Of a stretch of 64,000 nt of DNA, positions 1 through 8,861 are shown one piece after another (position 1 is the first letter of the stretch; every line of letters begins with the position of its first letter). A program made the translations under genes and the position numbers. The notes beneath the pieces are model-generated. The model ran no database searches, was not told where the DNA came from, and saw only the letters and a program-made list of their open reading frames with translations. The DNA lies in the NCBI GenBank assembly GCA_032229685.1, contig JAVTWP010000031.1; one strand, given 5' to 3'. Origin of the DNA: Rhizobacter sp. (GTDB lineage Bacteria; Pseudomonadota; Gammaproteobacteria; Burkholderiales; Burkholderiaceae_C).

Positions 1-616
<616 letters not shown>

Positions 617-638
617 GGCAGCGGGCTCGAGCCGGCGC

Positions 639-1223
639 TCAGATGCGCCGGTAGTCGTCGGGCGCGGTCGCGAGCGGCGACAACTCGCCCAGGCGCTGCA
701 ACATGGCCAGCGGGTCGACATCGACGTGCAGAAGGTCGAGTTGCATCTGCGACATGAAGCCGTGGTCACGGCTCTGGTGCAGGAACGCGATCAGCGCGTC
801 GTAGTACCCGGCCACGTTCAGCAACCCGAGCGGCTTGTCGTGGTAACCCAGCTGGCGCCACGACCACACTTCGAAGAGCTCTTCGAAGGTGCCGATGCCA
901 CCGGGCAGAGCCAGAAAAGCGTCGCTGCGTTCGGCCATCATCATCTTGCGCTCGTGCATGGTCTCGACCACGTGCAGTTCGGTCAAGCCGGTGTGGCCGA
1001 GTTCTCGCGCCATCAACGACTGCGGGATCACGCCGACGACCGAAGCACCGGCCGCCAGGGCCGCGTCGGCCACCACGCCCATGAGCCCGGCGCGCCCGCC
1101 GCCGTAGACCAACTGCCAGCCGCGCCGGCCGATCTCGGTGCCCACGGCCCGTGCCGCGTTGGCATGCAGGCTCGATTCGCCGGGGCGGGAGCCACAATAG
1201 ACGCAGATCGACATCGAGTTCAT
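639..1223 (-). CDS. LOG family / TIGR00730 Rossmann-fold nucleotide phosphoribohydrolase
   Basis: ICVYCGS, LVYGGGRAGLMG, MHERK and the PGGIGTFEE motif; start placed at ATG 1223. Confidence 0.92.
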   Translation of the reverse strand: MNSMSICVYCGSRPGESSLHANAARAVGTEIGRRGWQLVYGGGRAGLMGVVADAALAAGASVVGVIPQSLMARELGHTGLTELHVVETMHERKMMMAERSDAFLALPGGIGTFEELFEVWSWRQLGYHDKPLGLLNVAGYYDALIAFLHQSRDHGFMSQMQLDLLHVDVDPLAMLQRLGELSPLATAPDDYRRI

Positions 1224-1233
1224 CGGCGCCCCC

Positions 1234-1614
1234 TCAGACCACGAACCGGTGCCACAGCGCAGCCAGCCAGATGCCGGCGCACAGCAGCAACGACAGGAAC
1301 ACGGCCGCACTGGCCAGGTCCTTGGCGCGTTTCGACAGATCGTGCAGTTCGAAAGACACGCGGTCGATCGCGGCTTCAATGCCCGAGTTGAGCAGTTCGA
1401 CGATGAGCACGAGCATCAGCGAGCCGGCCAGCAGCGCGATTTCGACCCAGCCGCGCCCGATCCAGAACGCCAGCGGGAACATCAGCAGCGCGAGCCAGAA
1501 CTCCTGGCGAAAAGCACTTTCGCCGCGATAGGCCGCGCTCAGACCGGCCATCGAATAGCCGGTCGCCCTGATCACGCGGTCGAGGCCGGTCCGGCCCTTG
1601 TGTGGGTTGCTCAT
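1234..1614 (-). CDS. dgkA: Diacylglycerol kinase (prokaryotic DgkA)
   Basis: ESAFRQE, LIVELLNSGIEAAID and SKRAKDLASAAV motifs; three hydrophobic helices. Confidence 0.93.
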   Translation of the reverse strand: MSNPHKGRTGLDRVIRATGYSMAGLSAAYRGESAFRQEFWLALLMFPLAFWIGRGWVEIALLAGSLMLVLIVELLNSGIEAAIDRVSFELHDLSKRAKDLASAAVFLSLLLCAGIWLAALWHRFVV

Positions 1615-1659
1615 GCGACCGAATTGTGCCTTTCGAACGGCGCCGCGCCGGCGCCGCTC

Positions 1660-2187
1660 TCAGCCGGCCTTCGCGGCGCGGTCATCGATGAGGCGGGTGC
1701 CGCAGATCACGTCGTGCCAGAACTGGCGCTGCGGGTGCAGCAACGCCAACAACGCGTAGGCGACGACCCCGACGGCGATCGCGCCCAGGCCTTGCCAGCG
1801 CGTCCAGCCGTTCAACGAGGCGATCAGGGCTGCCGGCGCGAACCATGCGCAACTGGCGACAAAGCGCGCCAGCGCGCGTGGCTGCGTGAGCGCAGCGCCT
1901 TGGGCGGTGACCACCCGGATGCGCCAGGTCTGCATCGGCAAGGTCTGGCCCCGCACAGACCAGAACCAGGTGAAGTACACCGCATAGATGGTGAAGGTGA
2001 TCACGCGCAGCGCGGTGTCGCTTTGCAAAGGGTGCTGGTGGCCGGTGAGCGCGACGAACAGCGCGCCGATGGCACCGGGTATCAGCCCGATCCCGAACAG
2101 GATCATGCCTTCGTACACAAAGCACGCCATCCGGCGTGACAGGCTGGGTGCGACCACGGCCGCACCACGCTCGACATGCACCGTCAT
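1660..2187 (-). CDS. RDD family membrane protein
   Basis: RRMACFVYE, GQTLPMQTWRIRVV and QFWHDVICGTRLI match RDD-domain conserved blocks; several TM segments. Confidence 0.85.
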   Translation of the reverse strand: MTVHVERGAAVVAPSLSRRMACFVYEGMILFGIGLIPGAIGALFVALTGHQHPLQSDTALRVITFTIYAVYFTWFWSVRGQTLPMQTWRIRVVTAQGAALTQPRALARFVASCAWFAPAALIASLNGWTRWQGLGAIAVGVVAYALLALLHPQRQFWHDVICGTRLIDDRAAKAG

Positions 2188-3038
2188 TGGTGCTGAGCAG
2201 GCTCGGCTTCGGAAGCCTTTGCAGAGCGCGTGGCCGCGGCCTGCGGCCCGCGCTTGGGCTGCAGAGTCGCCTTGTTCACGAATTCGGGCGTGGCAGCGAT
2301 CTTCGGCAAGCCGGTCTGCTGATGCGAAGGTGGCGCCGGGCGCCTGGACATCAGCGTCGTGGTGGCGCCGGGGCCGGCACGGGTCACGGTCGGCTCGACG
2401 GGCTTGCGCGGAACGGCGAATGCCGGGTTCGGCACGAGATTTGACTTGGCCTGGGGCGCCTCACGCACGAGCGGAGTCGCAGGCGCCACCGGTCGGCGCG
2501 CCGAGTCGGCCAACGTCGACGAGGAAGCCGGCGCGGCCGGCCGTGCAGCGCGCGCCGCCAGTTGCCGCTTCTGTTCGGGCGAAAGCGCCTGGTACGACTC
2601 CCAACGGGCCTGGCGGTCCTGAGCCGGCAACTGCTTGGCGTCCTGGTAGTTCAGGCGTGCCTGGCCGCGTTGCTGCGGCGTCATCTTGGCCCACTCGGCC
2701 ATGCGCGCCTGCACGCGCGACTGTTCATCGGGTGACATGCGCGGGAAACGTGCCGAGAGTTCCAGCCACTTCTGCTTGCGCGGCTCATCGATGCCAGCCC
2801 AGTCGCGCTCCAGCGGCTTGAGCACCGATTTCTGTGCCGGGTTGAGGTCTTGCCAGCGCACGCCCCGTTCCGCCGCGGGGGCGCTGGGGCTCTTCGGGGC
2901 CGGTGTGGAGGCTCCGGCGGCTTGAACCTGATGAACGAGCCCGAGCGCGCCCACGACGGCGAACGACAGCGACAACGCGATGCAGGTCGCGCCGAGCCGG
3001 ATGGAAAGCCTCGGGGGCGACATGGCCGCCGCCGTCAT
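2184..3038 (-). CDS. DUF3106-domain exported/periplasmic protein with helical repeats
   Basis: N-terminal hydrophobic segment, then repeats WQDLNPAQK / FPRMSPDEQ / WAKMTPQQR / YQALSPEQK, then a Pro/Ala/Thr-rich tail. ATG at 3038 overlaps the upstream stop (ATGA). Confidence 0.8.
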   Translation of the reverse strand: MTAAAMSPPRLSIRLGATCIALSLSFAVVGALGLVHQVQAAGASTPAPKSPSAPAAERGVRWQDLNPAQKSVLKPLERDWAGIDEPRKQKWLELSARFPRMSPDEQSRVQARMAEWAKMTPQQRGQARLNYQDAKQLPAQDRQARWESYQALSPEQKRQLAARAARPAAPASSSTLADSARRPVAPATPLVREAPQAKSNLVPNPAFAVPRKPVEPTVTRAGPGATTTLMSRRPAPPSHQQTGLPKIAATPEFVNKATLQPKRGPQAAATRSAKASEAEPAQHQ

Positions 3039-3499
3039 TCGCGTGGGGTCTTGAGGAACTCTGCGAACCCGGCGTCGCTGTAGGCCACCGGCGGCAGGTC
3101 GTCGGCCAGCAAGGCCGCGTCGATCTCGGCAGCGGCCGAGATCTGTTCGTTGGTCTGCGACTGCTGGATCAGCAGCAGGCCGGCGATCAGGGCCAGCGCC
3201 GGCAGCACCGCGGCGAGCTTCATCCACCAGCCCGACCCGGAACGGCCGAGCAGCAAGGCGCCGCCCGACACCGAGCCGACCGGCGCGGTGGCGCTGGCCG
3301 CCCGGCTGGCACGGGCCTTTTCAAGCGCCTTTTCGCGCGCGAAGCGCAGGCGCTCGCCGACGTCGGCTTCGAGGTTCAGCGAGCGCTCGGTCAGCCGCGC
3401 CGCCACGCGAAGGGCGAAACGCGCCTGTACCGCGTCGATCGCAGCAGGCTGCGGCGAAAAGGGAACGGCGGTCGGCGGTGAAATGGTCAGGTTGTTCAT
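3035..3499 (-). CDS. DUF3619-family single-pass membrane protein, putative anti-sigma factor
   Basis: ERLRFAREKAL, one TM helix (LAAVLPALALIAGLLLIQ) and C-terminal IDAALLADDLPPVAYSDAGFAEFL; immediately follows an ECF sigma gene. Confidence 0.8.
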   Translation of the reverse strand: MNNLTISPPTAVPFSPQPAAIDAVQARFALRVAARLTERSLNLEADVGERLRFAREKALEKARASRAASATAPVGSVSGGALLLGRSGSGWWMKLAAVLPALALIAGLLLIQQSQTNEQISAAAEIDAALLADDLPPVAYSDAGFAEFLKTPRE

Positions 3500-4059
3500 G
3501 GCGTGATTCCCTTTGTCTGCAAGGCCTTGGCCAAGGTGTGCACCGCGCGGGAGCAGTGCGTCTTGACGCTGCCTTCCGAGCAGCCCATGGCTTCAGCGGT
3601 CTCGGCGACATCGAGTTCTTCCCAGTAACGCAGCAGGAAGGCTTCTCGTTGACGCCCGGGCAACTGGGCCACTTCGGCCTCGATCGCAAGCAGAATCTGC
3701 GCCCGCGACACGGAATCGTCTGCACTTTCCGCTGCCAGTGAGCCTCCCAGCGCCTGCAGCGTCTCGAGGATGTCGAAATCCTCGCCGTCTGGCCCTTCGA
3801 ACTCCGAAAAATTCCTGACGACGGCGGTTCGCACCTTCTTGCGGCGAAACCAGTCCATCGTCGCGTTCGAGAGGATGCGCTGGAACAGCAGCGGGAGTTC
3901 AGCCGCCGGGCGGTCAACGTACTTCTCGGCCAGCCGGATCATCGTGTCCTGCACGATGTCGAGGGCGGCATCTTCGTCCCGAACGGCATACAGCGCCCGC
4001 TTGAAGGCACGCTTTTCGACGCTCTTGAGGAAGTCGGAGAGTTCTTTGTCGGATGCCAA
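3496..4059 (-). CDS. ECF-type sigma-70 RNA polymerase sigma factor
   Basis: 187 aa with region 2 (ALDIVQD...MDWFRR) and region 4 (LPGRQREAFLLRYWEELDVAETAEAMGCSEGSVKTHCSRA); TTG start. Confidence 0.92.
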   Translation of the reverse strand: MASDKELSDFLKSVEKRAFKRALYAVRDEDAALDIVQDTMIRLAEKYVDRPAAELPLLFQRILSNATMDWFRRKKVRTAVVRNFSEFEGPDGEDFDILETLQALGGSLAAESADDSVSRAQILLAIEAEVAQLPGRQREAFLLRYWEELDVAETAEAMGCSEGSVKTHCSRAVHTLAKALQTKGITP

Positions 4060-4095
4060 TGAAAGCTGACCGCAGGCGCTTGCCCGGAGAGACGG

Positions 4096-4159
4096 CCGCG
4101 ATTATGTCACCCGGCCCACGGGGTTGCGGCGATGCAGCAATGCGGTGCCATAATCGCGG
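4096..4159. promoter_or_regulatory. Back-to-back -10 elements (CATAAT) for the ECF sigma operon and ilvB
   Basis: CCGCGATTATG (4096-4106) and CATAATCGCGG (4149-4159) form a perfect 11-bp inverted repeat, each half containing CATAAT and a GC-rich discriminator; no good -35 boxes. Confidence 0.5.
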
Positions 4160-4303
4160 GTTGCACAACAGATTGGCTTCAGGCCGAGTGCCCAACCGGG
4201 GCACTGGGTGGCTGGGCCCTCAGGCACCAAACCCGTCTCACAAGGACGAGGAGAGGCGCACCGATGGTTTTTCGTCAGAGAAATTCACAAAGGTCTCTTG
4301 AAC

Positions 4304-6076
4304 ATGGATATGTCACCCGCAGAAGTCAAGCGCGCCGCCTCGGCACAAGCGCAATCTCCCGCCGTCGAGCCGAACGGCTCCGAGATCCTGGTCCGCTGCC
4401 TTCAGGCCGAAGGCGTCAAGTTCCTCTGGGGTTACCCGGGTGGTGCGGTCCTCTACATCTACGACGCGCTCTACAAGCAAGAAACGATCGAACACGTGCT
4501 GGTGCGCCATGAGCAGGCGGCCGTGCATGCGGCCGATGGCTACGCACGTGCCACCGGTGAAGTCGGCGTGGCGCTCGTCACCTCGGGGCCCGGCGTCACC
4601 AACGCGGTCACCGGCATCGCCACGGCCTACATGGACTCGATCCCGATGGTGATCATCACCGGGCAGGTTCCTACGCCGGCGATCGGGCTCGACGCCTTCC
4701 AGGAATGCGACACCGTCGGCATCACCCGCCCCATCGTCAAGCACAACTTTCTCGTGAAAGACGTGCGCGACCTGGCGATGACGATGAAGAAGGCCTTTCA
4801 CATCGCGCGCACTGGCCGGCCCGGCCCGGTGGTCGTCGACATTCCGAAAGACGTGTCGCAATACCGCACGCCTTTCCACTACCCCGAGCGGGTCGAGATG
4901 CGCTCGTACAACCCGGTGCGCAAGGGCCACGGCGGGCAGATCCGCAAGGCCGTGCAACTGCTGCTCGCTGCGAAGCGGCCCTACATCTACACCGGCGGTG
5001 GCGTGGTGCTCGGCAACGCGTCGGCCGAACTGCGCGAGCTCGCCAACCTGCTGGGCTTTCCGGTCACGAACACGCTGATGGGCCTGGGCGCCATGCCGTC
5101 GAGCGACCCGAAGTTCCTGGGCATGCTCGGCATGCACGGCACGTACGAAGCCAACATGACGATGCAGAACTGCGACGTGCTGCTGGCTGTGGGCGCGCGC
5201 TTCGACGACCGGGTGATCGGCAACCCCAAGCACTTTGCCTCGGTCGAACGCAAGATCGTGCACATCGACATCGACCCGTCGTCGATCTCCAAGCGCGTGA
5301 AGGTCGACATCCCGATCGTCGGCGACGTGAAAGACGTGCTGCAGGAACTGATCGCGCAACTGAAAGAAGCGCACGTCAAGCCCGACGTGCCAGCGCTGTC
5401 GGCCTGGTGGAGCCAGATCAACGAGTGGCGCAAGCGTGACTGCCTGAAGTTCAAGAACAGCACCGAGGTGATCAAGCCGCAGTACGTGGTCGAGAAGCTC
5501 TGGGAACTGACGAAGGACAGCGACGCGTACATCACCTCCGACGTCGGCCAGCACCAGATGTGGGCGGCGCAGTACTACCGTTTCGACGAGCCGCGCCGCT
5601 GGATCAATTCCGGCGGCCTGGGCACGATGGGCGTGGGCTTGCCGTATGCCATGGGCATCAAGCTCGCCAAGCCCGAGTCGGATGTGTTCTGCATCACCGG
5701 CGAAGGCTCGATCCAGATGTGCATCCAGGAGCTCTCGACCTGCCTGCAGTACAAGACGCCGGTCAAGGTGATCTCGCTCAACAACCGCTACCTCGGCATG
5801 GTGCGGCAGTGGCAGCAACTCGACTACGGCGGACGCTATTCGCACAGCTATATGGACGCGCTGCCCGACTTCGTGAAACTCGCCGAGGCCTATGGCCACA
5901 TCGGCCTGAAGATCGAGAAGCCTTCCGACGTGGAACCGGCGCTGCGCGAAGCCATCCGCCTGAAAGACCGCACCGTGTTCCTCGACGTGCGCACCGACCC
6001 GACCGAAAACGTCTGGCCCATGGTGCAGGCGGGCAAGGGCATCTCTGAAATGCTGTTGGGGTCCGAAGACCTGTGA
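4304..6076 (+). CDS. ilvB: Acetolactate synthase (AHAS) large subunit
   Basis: GYPGGAVL, VRHEQAAVHAADGYAR, TSGPG, DVGQHQMWAAQ and the ThDP motif ITGEGSIQM...NNRYLGMVRQWQ. Start placed at ATG 4304 (4310 is an alternative); ilvI-type enzyme. Confidence 0.95.
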   Translation: MDMSPAEVKRAASAQAQSPAVEPNGSEILVRCLQAEGVKFLWGYPGGAVLYIYDALYKQETIEHVLVRHEQAAVHAADGYARATGEVGVALVTSGPGVTNAVTGIATAYMDSIPMVIITGQVPTPAIGLDAFQECDTVGITRPIVKHNFLVKDVRDLAMTMKKAFHIARTGRPGPVVVDIPKDVSQYRTPFHYPERVEMRSYNPVRKGHGGQIRKAVQLLLAAKRPYIYTGGGVVLGNASAELRELANLLGFPVTNTLMGLGAMPSSDPKFLGMLGMHGTYEANMTMQNCDVLLAVGARFDDRVIGNPKHFASVERKIVHIDIDPSSISKRVKVDIPIVGDVKDVLQELIAQLKEAHVKPDVPALSAWWSQINEWRKRDCLKFKNSTEVIKPQYVVEKLWELTKDSDAYITSDVGQHQMWAAQYYRFDEPRRWINSGGLGTMGVGLPYAMGIKLAKPESDVFCITGEGSIQMCIQELSTCLQYKTPVKVISLNNRYLGMVRQWQQLDYGGRYSHSYMDALPDFVKLAEAYGHIGLKIEKPSDVEPALREAIRLKDRTVFLDVRTDPTENVWPMVQAGKGISEMLLGSEDL

Positions 6077-6245
6077 GGCACTGAACACCGGCGTGGGGCA
6101 GGGCGTTACCGCGCCGAGCCCGGGCTCCGGTGGAACGTACCGATCCGCTTCGGCGTTTTCACTTCTCATCCATTCACTCGGAACAGCGTGGCCAAGGGCC
6201 GACCGGTTACCGCCGGCGGTCTGAAGAGCGCGCTCACAACGACAC

Positions 6246-6737
6246 ATGAAACACATCATTGCCTTGCTGCTCGAAAACGAGGCCGGCGCGCTCTCGCGCG
6301 TGGTCGCCTTGTTCTCTGCCCGCGGCTACAACATCGAAAGCCTGACCGTCGCGCCGACCGAAGATGCTTCGCTTTCGCGCATGACCATCGTGACGACCGG
6401 CTCCGACGAAGTGATCGAGCAGATCACCAAACACCTGAACCGACTGATCGAAGTGGTGAAGGTCGTCGACCTGACCGAAGGCGCTTTCACCGAGCGTGAG
6501 CTCATGCTCATCAAGGTGCGCGCCGTCGGCAAGGAACGCGAAGAGATGAAGCGCATGGCCGACATCTTCCGCGGCCGCATCGTCGACGTGACCGAAAAGA
6601 GCTACACGATCGAACTCACCGGCGACACCGGCAAGCTCGACGCCTTTCTCGAAGCCATCGACCGCGCGGCCATTCTCGAGACCGTGCGCACCGGCACCAG
6701 CGGCATCGGCCGCGGCGAGCGCATCCTCAGAGTTTGA
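6246..6737 (+). CDS. ilvH: Acetolactate synthase small regulatory subunit
   Basis: MKHIIALLLENEAGALSRVVALFSARGYNIESL ACT-domain start; 163 aa. Confidence 0.95.
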   Translation: MKHIIALLLENEAGALSRVVALFSARGYNIESLTVAPTEDASLSRMTIVTTGSDEVIEQITKHLNRLIEVVKVVDLTEGAFTERELMLIKVRAVGKEREEMKRMADIFRGRIVDVTEKSYTIELTGDTGKLDAFLEAIDRAAILETVRTGTSGIGRGERILRV

Positions 6738-6763
6738 ACGGTCTGCCAACGACGACCGCCTGA

Positions 6764-7816
<1,053 letters not shown>

Positions 7817-7840
7817 GCTCGCAAGGGTATCCTCCGGCGC

Positions 7841-8671
7841 ATGAACGAAGCCCCGAATCACCCTGACGACGAACCCGTGCCCGTGGCCGACACAAGGCCA
7901 CGGCGCAAGGGGCTGTACATGCTGCCCAACGCCATCACGTTGGCGGCGTTGTTCTCGGGCTTCTACGCGATCGTGATGGCGATCAACGGCCGTTTCGAGC
8001 TGGCCTGCATCGCGGTGTTCTGCGCCGCGGTGCTCGACAGCCTTGACGGCCGCGTGGCGCGCATGACGAACTCGCAGAGCGCCTTCGGCGAGCAGATGGA
8101 CAGCCTGTGCGACATGGTGAGTTTCGGTGCCGCGCCGGCGCTGATCATCTACATCTGGGCGCTCAAAGACCTGGGCAAGGCGGGCTGGATTCCAGCTTTT
8201 GTCTACATCTCGGGGGCAGCGCTGCGGCTGGCGCGCTTCAACGTCAACATTGGCGTGGTCGACAAGCGCTTCTTTCAGGGTTTGCCGAGCCCGGCCGCGG
8301 CGGCGCTCGTGATCGGGTTGATCTGGGTCGTCGACGACGCGGGCTTCAAGGGCGTTTCGCAGATACCGGCGCTGGCGTACACGGCCTTCGCAGTGACGCT
8401 CTTTGCCGGCCTGTCGATGGTGACGAACGCGCCGTTCTACAGCTTCAAGGTCGTGGGCTCGCGGCGCACCGTCCCGTTCATCGTGATCGTGGCCATCGCA
8501 CTGGCGATCGCGTTGGTGGCGCTCGACCCGCCGAAGGTGCTGTTCGCGATCTTCTGCGTTTATGGTTTGTCGGGCTACGCGATCTACGGCTGGCGCAGGA
8601 TGAAGGGCAAGCCGGTGAGCGTGATTGCCACGTCGACCGACGAACCCGACGAGCAGGGCCTGCATCGCTGA
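7841..8671 (+). CDS. pssA: CDP-diacylglycerol--serine O-phosphatidyltransferase
   Basis: CDP-alcohol phosphotransferase motif DSLDGRVARMTNSQSAFGEQMDSLCD; RLARFN; GLPSPAAA. Confidence 0.93.
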   Translation: MNEAPNHPDDEPVPVADTRPRRKGLYMLPNAITLAALFSGFYAIVMAINGRFELACIAVFCAAVLDSLDGRVARMTNSQSAFGEQMDSLCDMVSFGAAPALIIYIWALKDLGKAGWIPAFVYISGAALRLARFNVNIGVVDKRFFQGLPSPAAAALVIGLIWVVDDAGFKGVSQIPALAYTAFAVTLFAGLSMVTNAPFYSFKVVGSRRTVPFIVIVAIALAIALVALDPPKVLFAIFCVYGLSGYAIYGWRRMKGKPVSVIATSTDEPDEQGLHR

Positions 8672-8688
8672 TTCGCGCGTGTTAGAGT
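8660..8688 (+). promoter_or_regulatory. Putative sigma70 promoter for the leu leader (extended -10)
   Basis: CTGCAT (8660-8665), 17-bp spacer, TGT-TAGAGT (TG at 8680-8681, hexamer 8683-8688). Predicted +1 at about 8695-8696, the leader ATG. Confidence 0.5.
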
Positions 8689-8695
8689 CCGATCC

Positions 8696-8755
8696 ATGAC
8701 GTTCCTGCCCGCGATCGCGCTACTGCTTCTTCTAGGAGACCCGCGGGCTCGCTGA
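8696..8755 (+). CDS. Leucine attenuator leader peptide [19 protein letters not shown] (19 aa)
   Basis: ATG ACG TTC CTG CCC GCG ATC GCG CTA CTG CTT CTT CTA GGA GAC CCG CGG GCT CGC TGA: five consecutive Leu codons ahead of a terminator hairpin and leuA. Confidence 0.85.
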   Translation: MTFLPAIALLLLLGDPRAR

Positions 8756-8782
8756 TCGCACACGTCAACACGTTTCGACCTC

Positions 8783-8822
8783 AACGGCCCGCATGCAACC
8801 AGCAGCGGGCCGTTTGTCTTTT
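8783..8822 (+). terminator. Attenuator (intrinsic terminator) upstream of leuA
   Basis: 10-bp stem AACGGCCCGC (8783-8792) / GCGGGCCGTT (8805-8814), then TGTCTTTT. Confidence 0.8.
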
Positions 8823-8861
8823 CAACAGCTGCTGGTCCACCCCGACTCTTCTGGAACCACC

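Noticed and set aside
4180-4270. Glycine-riboswitch-like words (CTCAGG, AAGGAC, GGAGAG, CACCGATGG) in the ilvB leader
   Set aside because: The order and spacing do not give a complete aptamer: there is no P2 between GGAGAG and CACCGA, and no downstream CTCAGG. Kept only as a generic structured leader.
4313-6259. Long antisense ORFs over core genes (also 6764-8665, 18505-21750, 23791-25332, 34027-36963 and 56104-58665)
   Set aside because: These are shadow ORFs expected from high GC3 codon bias. They lie exactly opposite well-conserved genes and have no recognisable motifs or RBS.
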